Assembly (NCBI GenBank): GCA_050287965.1
Contig: JBNKCX010000025.1
Location: forward strand, 6,233-70,232
Length of the DNA: 64,000 bases
DNA from: Sedimenticolaceae bacterium
GTDB lineage: Bacteria; Pseudomonadota; Gammaproteobacteria; Chromatiales; Chromatiaceae
Direction of reading: 5' to 3'
A model generated the notes under the pieces. That model was not told where the DNA came from. It worked only from the letters and a program-made list of their open reading frames with translations, and made no database searches. Positions 57,079 to 64,000 of the stretch are shown here, one piece after another (position 1 is the first letter of the stretch; every line of letters starts with the position of its first letter). A program made the translations under genes and the position numbers.

Positions 57079-57744
57079 TCACATCGCGTGGATATCGCGT
57101 AACCAGCCGGATATTTCGTCGATGCTATCCAGACAGGTCAGGGGCTGATGACGCAACAGCCGCTCAACGGAATGGGCCCCATAACTTACCGCCACCCGCT
57201 CGGTTCCCGCATTACAGGCCATCAGCATATCCCATTCGGTATCTCCGATCATGACGGTTTCACGTCCCTCTACACCCAACTCCTCCATAATCTGCAGCAG
57301 CATCTCCGGGTGCGGCTTGGAGAGAGTCTCATCGGCGCATCGAGTTGCATGGAACAGGTCTCCAATACCGGTATACTCCAGCACCCGATCCAGACCTGCG
57401 CGCCCTTTACCGGTGGCTACCGCCAACAGATACCCGCTGCGGTTCAACTCCGTCAATACCTCTTCCGCTCCCGGGAACAAGGGTGACGGCGTCTCGTTCT
57501 TAATCAAAAAATGATATCGGTAGCGAGCCACCACGTCGTCCACCAGTTTCCCGTCGCCCCCCGGAAACAGCGTGGTAACCGCCTCACCCAGACCCAGCCC
57601 TATTATATTTCGAATACTGTCTTCGTCCGGGATAGGCAGACCCAAGTCCCTCGCCGAGGCCCGCACACATTCCACGATCCGTGCCTCCGAGTCCATCAGG
57701 GTGCCGTCCCAATCGAACACCAGTAACGTAAAACGGTTATTCAT
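57079..57744 (-). CDS. HAD-superfamily hydrolase (phosphoglycolate phosphatase-like)
   Basis: 221 aa. Motif [13 protein letters not shown] and motif [10 protein letters not shown]. Its position after rluC matches the pseudomonad arrangement. Confidence 0.75.
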   Translation of the reverse strand: MNNRFTLLVFDWDGTLMDSEARIVECVRASARDLGLPIPDEDSIRNIIGLGLGEAVTTLFPGGDGKLVDDVVARYRYHFLIKNETPSPLFPGAEEVLTELNRSGYLLAVATGKGRAGLDRVLEYTGIGDLFHATRCADETLSKPHPEMLLQIMEELGVEGRETVMIGDTEWDMLMACNAGTERVAVSYGAHSVERLLRHQPLTCLDSIDEISGWLRDIHAM

Positions 57745-58691
57745 TTCCTGAGCCTGTCCAACAGCCGCTGTAACGATTCTTCCAACGGCGCCTCAACCAG
57801 CAGTTCGCCGCCGTCATCCGGCCAGCTTATACCAATAGACTCCGCGTGCAGAAACAGCCTTTTCAGACCCAGTTCCCGCATAGCCCGGTTGGCGGCGTCA
57901 TCCCCATACTTCTCATCACCGAGAATGGGTGTCCCCAGATGCGCGAGATGGACCCTGATCTGGTGGGTACGCCCGGTTACTAAGCGGGCCTCCACCAGGG
58001 TGGCGTCCCGGAACCTTTCCCGGACCCGGAAATGGGTGGTTGCGGGTTTCCCCTGCGGATCCACCTTTACAATCCGCTCCCCCCCCTGCAGCAGGTTCTT
58101 CAACAGCGGGACCTGCACCTTCTCCTGCTGTCTTTCCCAGCGGCCGGAGACCAGCGCGATGTAGCGTTTATCCACACTGTTCTGCCGCAGAAGCTCATGC
58201 AGGGTACGCAGGGTACTGCGTCGCTTAGCGACCAATAAACACCCGGAGGTGTCCCGATCGAGCCGATGCACCAGTTCCAGTTGTCGTTCCTCCGGCCGCA
58301 GCAGCCGCAGCGCCTCAATGACCCCATAACTGAGCCCACTCCCTCCATGAACCGCCACACCGGAGGGTTTATTCAATACAATCAAACGCTTATCCTCGAA
58401 AAGTACGGCCTGTTCCAGTTGCCGCAACAGTCCGGCGCCGGGCTGAGGTTTCGTCTCCCTTGTGGCCACCCGTACCGGAGGAATACGGACCAGGTCGCCC
58501 GCCTGCAACCGGTAGCTTGCCTGAATTCTTCCCTTGTTTACCCGGACCTCGCCCTTGCGCAGGATGCGGTAGACATGGCTCTTCGGTACCCCCTTGAGCA
58601 GCCCCAGCAGAAAATTGTCGATGCGCTGGCCGGCATCGTCCTTCGCGACGACGACCTGCCTGACCAAAGAATTTTGTTTGCTTTCTGACAT
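57741..58691 (-). CDS. rluC: 23S rRNA pseudouridine synthase C
   Basis: 316 aa with an N-terminal S4 domain and the catalytic motif [11 protein letters not shown]. It is divergent from rne, as in E. coli. Confidence 0.85.
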   Translation of the reverse strand: MSESKQNSLVRQVVVAKDDAGQRIDNFLLGLLKGVPKSHVYRILRKGEVRVNKGRIQASYRLQAGDLVRIPPVRVATRETKPQPGAGLLRQLEQAVLFEDKRLIVLNKPSGVAVHGGSGLSYGVIEALRLLRPEERQLELVHRLDRDTSGCLLVAKRRSTLRTLHELLRQNSVDKRYIALVSGRWERQQEKVQVPLLKNLLQGGERIVKVDPQGKPATTHFRVRERFRDATLVEARLVTGRTHQIRVHLAHLGTPILGDEKYGDDAANRAMRELGLKRLFLHAESIGISWPDDGGELLVEAPLEESLQRLLDRLRK

Positions 58692-59240
58692 TTACGCTAT
58701 GATACCAGCCTGGCTTGATTGATGCTCCAGGCCAAGACTGATATAGTTTGCAAGTTATACTTTTCCAAATTGCCCCGTTACAGGGCGGTTGGAGATAGAA
58801 AGAGAACTTGTTGCGGGATTTTTTGTCCTATTTTCCAACAGGTTATCGAAGGTTTTAAGACACCACGCATATCCGTGATGTCCGCCGGTACTGGAAGAAA
58901 GCGGGAGTAGCGCAGTTTACAGCGCCCCGTTACGGGCAAACAGGCTCTAAACAACACGCTCCCTGTCCCAAGGTACGGCAACCGGGAATTCCGTCTGGTG
59001 ACGGAAATATTGAATATAGATTAACTGCGCGCCCCTATCGGCGTATTTTATCGGCGTGGACGAACGGAATCCGTTTCATCCCGCGGGCAAAGCAGCCGCT
59101 GACGAGACCGTGAGGTATTCCGGCGGCCCCTGCTCTCAAGCCGATATATCGAGATAGGGAATTCGCTGAAGATCGCGGTCCTTTTGCCCCTTGCGGCAAC
59201 GGGACGGGAAGGCGATGGCGTGCCAAAGGATTTTTACAAC
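58692..59240 (+). promoter_or_regulatory. rne promoter and long structured 5' leader
   Basis: A 549-bp non-coding gap precedes rne and contains several short hairpins (e.g. CCGTC-TGGT-GACGG, TTGCC-CCTTGC-GGCAA). E. coli rne is autoregulated through a long leader. Confidence 0.4.
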
Positions 59241-62096
59241 ATGAAACGTATGCTGATTAACGCAACTCAGCCGGAAGAGTTGCGTGTGGCCATTGTAGAC
59301 GGCCAGAAACTTTTTAATCTTGATATCGAATCTCCCGGCCGGGAGCAGAAAAAAGCCAATATCTACAAAGGAAAAGTCACCCGGGTTGAACCCAGCCTGG
59401 AGGCCGCTTTTGTCGATTACGGATCCCAGCGTCATGGGTTCCTGCCGCTGAAGGAGATTGCCCGCGCCTATTTCAGAGAGGAGGTCCAGCAAGCCGGTGG
59501 CCGCGTCAGCATCAAGGATGCTATCCGCGAAGGCCAGGAGCTGGTGGTCCAAGTGGAGAAGGAGGAGCGCGGCAACAAGGGTGCGGCGCTTACCACATTT
59601 ATCTCCCTTGCCGGACGCTATCTGGTCCTCATGCCGAACAATCCTCGCGCCGGCGGGGTCTCCCGCCGCATCGAGGGAAGTGATCGTAGCGACCTGCGCG
59701 AGGCCATGAGCAATCTTTCCATACCGGAAGGTATGGGTTTGATCGTACGCACGGCCGGCGTGGGGAAAAGCGAGGATGAGCTTCAGTGGGATCTGGACTA
59801 CCTTCTGCAGCTATGGCAGGCCATTGAAACCTCCGCGGTAGAGAAATCGGCACCGTTCCTCATCTACCAGGAAAGCAATGTCATTATTCGCTCCATTCGC
59901 GACTATCTGCGGGCGGATATCGGCGAGATTGTTATCGACCACCCGGATGTGTATCGCGAGGCATGCGAATTCATCCAGCAGGTCATGCCGAAGTACCTGA
60001 AGAAGATTCGTCATTACCAGGACGAAATCCCTCTTTTTACCCGTTACCAGATCGAAAGCCAGATCGAATCGGCCTTCCAGCGGGAAGTACGGCTCCCTTC
60101 CGGCGGCTCTATCGTCATCGATCATACCGAGGCCCTGACCTCGGTGGATATCAATTCCGCACGCGCGACCAAGGGTTCCGACATTGAGGAGACCGCCCTC
60201 AATACCAATCTGGAAGCGGCGGATGAGGTAGCCCGTCAACTGCGTCTGCGTGATATGGGCGGGCTGTTCGTAATCGATTTCATTGACATGACACCGGCGC
60301 GCAACCAGCGGGAAGTTGAAAATCGGCTACGGGAAGCGCTCAAGCAGGACCGGGCACGGGTCCAGATCGGGAGGATCTCCCGCTTCGGGCTGTTGGAAAT
60401 GTCCCGGCAACGGCTACGCCCCTCCCTTGGCGAATCCAGCCAGCACGTATGTCCCCGCTGCACCGGCCACGGTTTTATACGGAGCGTTGAATCCCTCGCG
60501 CTCTCCGTTCTTCGTATCATCGAAGAAGAGGCGATGAAGGAGAACACCGCTCGCATCGTTGCTCACCTGCCGGTGGATGTGGCGACCTTTCTGCTGAACG
60601 AGAAACGTCAGGCGATCTATGACATCGAGCGCCGCCAGTCCGTCGATGTAGTGCTTGTTCCCAACGTCCATCTCGAGACGCCACATTACAACATCGAACG
60701 GATACGTCAGCAGGATCTCCAGCTATCAGGACGGGAGGTTTCCAGCTACGAGTTGGTTACCAAGCCTGAGCTGGAACCACCCGAATACGCCCGACCCGGC
60801 GAAACCAAGGCGGAAGAACCCGCTGTAAAACGCATCACCCCCGTTGCACCGGCGCCTAAAGCGGAGAAGGTTCCGGCGGATCAGAAACCCGGCTTTATCA
60901 GTCGCCTATTCAACGGTCTGTTTTCCGGCGAGAAAAAAGCGGACGCGACCGACACCTCCAAACCAAAGACACGTGACAGTCAGGACCGCAGACAGTCTCG
61001 TTCCGGTCAAAAGCGTACTTCCGAGGAACGTACGCGTGATACGGGAGGACGTTCTCCGCAGCGCCAGCAATCGCAGAAAGCCGCTTCCGGCAACCGCGGG
61101 AAAAAGCGGGATCAGAAGCAGGAGAAGGATCGCAAAGAAACAGCCGAGACACAGGAAAAGAAGCAACAGGCCAACAATGTGGAGAACGCCCCGGATACCG
61201 CCAGAGGTGACGAACAGGATCGAAAAAATACCGGCTCCCGACGCCGCGGCCGTCGTGGTGGTCGGCGCCGTCGCCCGTCCTCGCAGGATGGTGATGGTGT
61301 CGAGACCCAAGGTAACAACCCAATAGAAACGTCTGTTGACTCTCGACCTGCGGAAGAGCAGAGGCAACAGGCTGACGAAGAATCAAGGCCGAAACAGCCG
61401 CCCCGTCGCACGCGCAAACCCCATATGTCTCAGGATGGCGATATGTCGGTTTCCGCTTCGAACGCAACTTCCGATACTCCCGACGCGGAAAGAGGATCTC
61501 AAGCGGAACAGAAGAAATCCACCGACACATCGGGAGACTCGGCAACGAAACCGAAAGAGAACCCGATTGGAGATGCCGGCATGACCGCTACAGAATCCAA
61601 ACGGGAGGAACCGCCACGGCCGGCGCCCGTAGAAACGGTAAAATCGTTTACTCCCGCCGCAGACAAACCGACGGAACAGAATAGCCTCGTAACCCCAAGG
61701 AGTGAGCCGCCGGCAGGAGCGTTTAAGGAAACAGTGGATAGCTCGACGCAACGGGCTTCCCTGGGGGAACAACAACCGCAACACACATCGAGTATTCCGT
61801 CATCATCGGCTACTGAAGCGAAACCCGTCGCGCAGCCTCCTCAGCCGCGCGAGCAGGTTGAAAACCTGGGTTACACATCCACGCCGAAGGACACGGTGCA
61901 ATCCCCATCGAGGCCCGCCGTAGAGGCACAACCTCTACGAACAGGTTCCGAAACCATAAAACAGGAACCATCCAAGCTGCAGCAGGTTGAAACCAAGTCT
62001 CCTCCGGAAAAAACGTCCGAGAGCAAAACACCGTTTCCGAGTCGGGTCCAGACAATACCGCTGGACAAGATCCCCACTTCCGGCGAGGAAAACTGA
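59241..62096 (+). CDS. rne: Ribonuclease E
   Basis: The start was moved to the ATG at 59241 ([22 protein letters not shown]). S1 domain, catalytic VIDFIDM, Zn-link CPRCTGHG, and a long Arg/Pro/Glu-rich low-complexity C-terminal half. Confidence 0.95.
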   Translation: MKRMLINATQPEELRVAIVDGQKLFNLDIESPGREQKKANIYKGKVTRVEPSLEAAFVDYGSQRHGFLPLKEIARAYFREEVQQAGGRVSIKDAIREGQELVVQVEKEERGNKGAALTTFISLAGRYLVLMPNNPRAGGVSRRIEGSDRSDLREAMSNLSIPEGMGLIVRTAGVGKSEDELQWDLDYLLQLWQAIETSAVEKSAPFLIYQESNVIIRSIRDYLRADIGEIVIDHPDVYREACEFIQQVMPKYLKKIRHYQDEIPLFTRYQIESQIESAFQREVRLPSGGSIVIDHTEALTSVDINSARATKGSDIEETALNTNLEAADEVARQLRLRDMGGLFVIDFIDMTPARNQREVENRLREALKQDRARVQIGRISRFGLLEMSRQRLRPSLGESSQHVCPRCTGHGFIRSVESLALSVLRIIEEEAMKENTARIVAHLPVDVATFLLNEKRQAIYDIERRQSVDVVLVPNVHLETPHYNIERIRQQDLQLSGREVSSYELVTKPELEPPEYARPGETKAEEPAVKRITPVAPAPKAEKVPADQKPGFISRLFNGLFSGEKKADATDTSKPKTRDSQDRRQSRSGQKRTSEERTRDTGGRSPQRQQSQKAASGNRGKKRDQKQEKDRKETAETQEKKQQANNVENAPDTARGDEQDRKNTGSRRRGRRGGRRRRPSSQDGDGVETQGNNPIETSVDSRPAEEQRQQADEESRPKQPPRRTRKPHMSQDGDMSVSASNATSDTPDAERGSQAEQKKSTDTSGDSATKPKENPIGDAGMTATESKREEPPRPAPVETVKSFTPAADKPTEQNSLVTPRSEPPAGAFKETVDSSTQRASLGEQQPQHTSSIPSSSATEAKPVAQPPQPREQVENLGYTSTPKDTVQSPSRPAVEAQPLRTGSETIKQEPSKLQQVETKSPPEKTSESKTPFPSRVQTIPLDKIPTSGEEN

Positions 62097-62115
62097 GCCG
62101 GGAACCCGGTCCTTC

Positions 62116-62154
62116 AAACAAACGGCGTCCAGAACGGACGCCGTTTGTTTTTTT
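62116..62154. terminator. Bidirectional rho-independent terminator
   Basis: AAACAAACGGCGTCC-AGAAC-GGACGCCGTTTGTTT followed by TTTT, between convergent rne and the phosphatase gene. Confidence 0.85.
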
Positions 62155-62163
62155 ACCCGTCCC

Positions 62164-62652
62164 TCACAACTGACTGCGAATATGCTGCAAAAGCCCCATT
62201 GCCGCCTCTTCCACCATATCGAACACCCTTTCAAAACCGTCTCTGCCGCCATAGTAGGGATCCGGCACATCACGAATCCCCAGACCGGGCGCAAAATCGA
62301 GAAACATAAATAGCTTCTCTTCCGTACCTGGGGGAGCCATATCTCTCAGATTCCTATAGTTATCGTAATCCATGGCGAGGATGAAATCGAAATGATGGAA
62401 GTCCGCCTGCTTTGCTCGCCGAGCCTTCTGACTGCTTAAATCGCATCCTCGCAGCAGCGCCGTTTTCTGCGCGCGCTGATCGGGCGCTTCGCCTACATGA
62501 TAAGCATGGGTTCCAGCGGAATCGACCTCAATCAGGTGCGATATTCCTTCCCTCTCTATCAGGGACTCGAATACACCATGCGCCGTCGGGGAACGACAGA
62601 TGTTGCCCATACAGACAAACAGCACTCTTATCTTTCTTCTCTCTCTACGCAT
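62164..62652 (-). CDS. Low-molecular-weight protein-tyrosine phosphatase
   Basis: The start was moved to the ATG at 62652, placing the P-loop VLFVCMGNICRSP (C-x5-R-S) 12 aa from the N-terminus. DPYYG loop present. Confidence 0.85.
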   Translation of the reverse strand: MRRERRKIRVLFVCMGNICRSPTAHGVFESLIEREGISHLIEVDSAGTHAYHVGEAPDQRAQKTALLRGCDLSSQKARRAKQADFHHFDFILAMDYDNYRNLRDMAPPGTEEKLFMFLDFAPGLGIRDVPDPYYGGRDGFERVFDMVEEAAMGLLQHIRSQL

Positions 62653-63060
62653 AGGGATAACTAGAGGGTATAAAAAATACTTCCGTTTCGCCAAACACAG
62701 TTTGCTGGTTGACAGCCAAAATAACAACCGTCTATCCAATTTCATACTGAACATGCCGATGTATCACCGTCTTCCAGCCGGCCATCATGCGATTTTCGAA
62801 ATCTATTCCTGTCTTCTCGTCGGTTTTGCCGGAACGGGTCATCACTTGAGATTTGCGTTGTGTCTCATCCATCACGAGACTCCCGTCCCGAAATTTTAGA
62901 CTGAGATGAGTAGACGGAGTTTCCTCCGGAGGAAATGTGACGCACTCGGTGTTTCACCTCCGGGAACGTCTATAGCCTTTAGACCTATGGGGAAATGCCG
63001 CCCTGATGCGGCCCGCACTCAATCCCGCAGGGAAAAAAGTAAAAATAGAGGAGACTCAAA

Positions 63061-64000
63061 ATGTTCACCGAATTCTTTGCAAGCATTTTTGGAAAACTGG
63101 GCGCCATTGGTGCAGTCCTTTTACGCATTTTCACCAACGCCCTGGCCGAAGCCTTAAACGAGAAATCGGTAGGCAGCGAGACTACGGATACGGCTAGCGC
63201 CGCCCCGGAGAGCACCTCTGAAAACACTGTGGAAGAGGCTGCCGCGGAAGAGACCACCACAGAGGCTGCCGCGGAAGAGACCGTCACGGAACCTGTGGTA
63301 GTTGCCGCTGGCGCAACTGCGGAGCCCGTCGTGGAAGAGACCCCGACCGAAGCGGTAGCGGAAGAGACCCCGGCGGAGGCTGCCGCAGAAGAGACCCCGG
63401 CGGAAGCAGTAGCGGAAGAAACCCCGGCCGAAGCAGTAGCGGAAGAGACCCCGGCGGAGGCTGCCGCAGAAGAGACCCCGGCGGAAGCAGTAGCGGAAGA
63501 GACCCCGGCGGAGGCCGTTGCAGAAGAGACCCCGGCCGAAGCGGTAGCGGAAGAGACCCCGGCCGAAGCGGTAGCGGGAGAGACCCCGGCCGAAGCGGTA
63601 GCGGAAGAGACCCCGGCCGAAGCGGTAGCGGAAGAGACCCCGGCCGAAGCAGTAGCGGAAGAGACCCCGGCCGAAGCAGTAGCGGAAGAGACCCCGGCGG
63701 AGGCCGTTGCGGAAGCCGCCGGCTTGGCTACTGAACCCGTCACGGAGACCCCAACGGAGGACGTCACTGAAGAGGAGGTCGCCGTCGAGGGTAATGAGCC
63801 CATTTGGGGCGACGCGGGTAATAACTACCTGGTGGGAGATGACGGTAATGACACCATTTACGGTGAAGGCGGTGATGATTACCTGAAGGGCCGCGCGGGT
63901 GATGACATCCTGGACGGCGGTGCCGGCAATGACGGCCTGTACGGCTATGAAGGTGACGATCAGCTGGACGGCGGCGCCGGTAACGACTACCTGAACGGCG
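63061..64000 (+). CDS. RTX (haemolysin-type Ca-binding repeat) protein with an acidic tandem-repeat region, 5' partial
   Basis: This ORF is not in the supplied track because it has no stop in the window. GAGGAG lies 8 nt upstream of the ATG at 63061. The frame is open to 64000 with no stop found by hand translation (63061-63360 and 63709-64000 read codon by codon; the tandem repeat checked by its 27-bp unit pattern). The N-terminus is a hydrophobic helix, followed by (AEETPAEAV)n and then GGxGxD nonapeptides (GNDTIYGEGGDDYLKGRAGDDILDGGAGNDGLYG). Confidence 0.8.
   Translation, partial: MFTEFFASIFGKLGAIGAVLLRIFTNALAEALNEKSVGSETTDTASAAPESTSENTVEEAAAEETTTEAAAEETVTEPVVVAAGATAEPVVEETPTEAVAEETPAEAAAEETPAEAVAEETPAEAVAEETPAEAAAEETPAEAVAEETPAEAVAEETPAEAVAEETPAEAVAGETPAEAVAEETPAEAVAEETPAEAVAEETPAEAVAEETPAEAVAEAAGLATEPVTETPTEDVTEEEVAVEGNEPIWGDAGNNYLVGDDGNDTIYGEGGDDYLKGRAGDDILDGGAGNDGLYGYEGDDQLDGGAGNDYLNG
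63331..63708. repeat. 14 tandem copies of a 27-bp unit (GCGGAAGAGACCCCGGCCGAAGCGGTA, encoding AEETPAEAV)
   Basis: Counted directly. Units differ by 0-5 nt and the repeat is in frame within the RTX-like gene. Confidence 0.95.

Noticed and set aside
62985-63803. 272-aa minus-strand ORF rich in Ser/Ala/Thr/Gly/Val (SSATASAGV repeats).
   Set aside because: It is the antisense reading of the 27-bp tandem repeat. The plus strand has a strong RBS, a sensible N-terminus and continues into canonical RTX GGxGxD repeats. The minus-strand ORF has no RBS or recognisable domain.

Overview
64-kb chromosomal window from a moderately GC-rich Gram-negative bacterium. Conserved synteny (uvrY-uvrC-pgsA-tRNA Gly/Cys/Leu; rne divergent from rluC-HAD-sppA) points to a gammaproteobacterium; this is an inference. 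Four blocks are present. (1) 0.1-36.5 kb is a large exosortase/PEP-CTERM exopolysaccharide locus, almost entirely on the minus strand. It holds the PrsT-like TPR protein, one PEP-CTERM substrate, GDP-mannose genes, a Wza-like exporter, a chain-length determinant, a BY-kinase with a (GY)7 tail, a beta-barrel OMP, WecB, a deacetylase, a FemAB-like protein, an AsnB-like amidotransferase, about eight glycosyltransferases, a Wzx-like flippase, exosortase plus EpsI, an acyltransferase and an LtaS-like transferase. By eye the left ~13 kb is clearly more AT-rich. (2) 36.6-41.1 kb is housekeeping: three tRNAs, pgsA, uvrC, a uracil-DNA glycosylase family gene and uvrY/gacA. (3) 41.9-52.0 kb is an Isp-type [NiFe] hydrogenase operon (hynD, HupH-like, hynS, isp1, isp2, an unassigned 152-aa ORF, hynL) with divergent hypC-A-B-D-E. 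(4) 52-64 kb holds a split class II ribonucleotide reductase behind NrdR boxes, sppA, a HAD hydrolase, rluC, rne with a long leader, an LMW tyrosine phosphatase, and the 5' part of an RTX-type protein with a 14 x 27-bp tandem repeat (missing from the ORF track because it runs off the window). The most unusual signal is a family of tandem heptanucleotide arrays (ACTGATA/ACTGACA/ACTGAAA and AAGTTTG variants). They sit at six intergenic junctions, mostly abut stop codons, and are usually arranged as inverted pairs. In one case they bracket a four-helix-bundle (23S-rRNA IVS protein/Avd family) gene inserted inside the EPS operon. No CRISPR array, transposase, integrase or recognisable defence system was seen. 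All protein assignments rest on motifs read by eye plus gene context; no searches were run.
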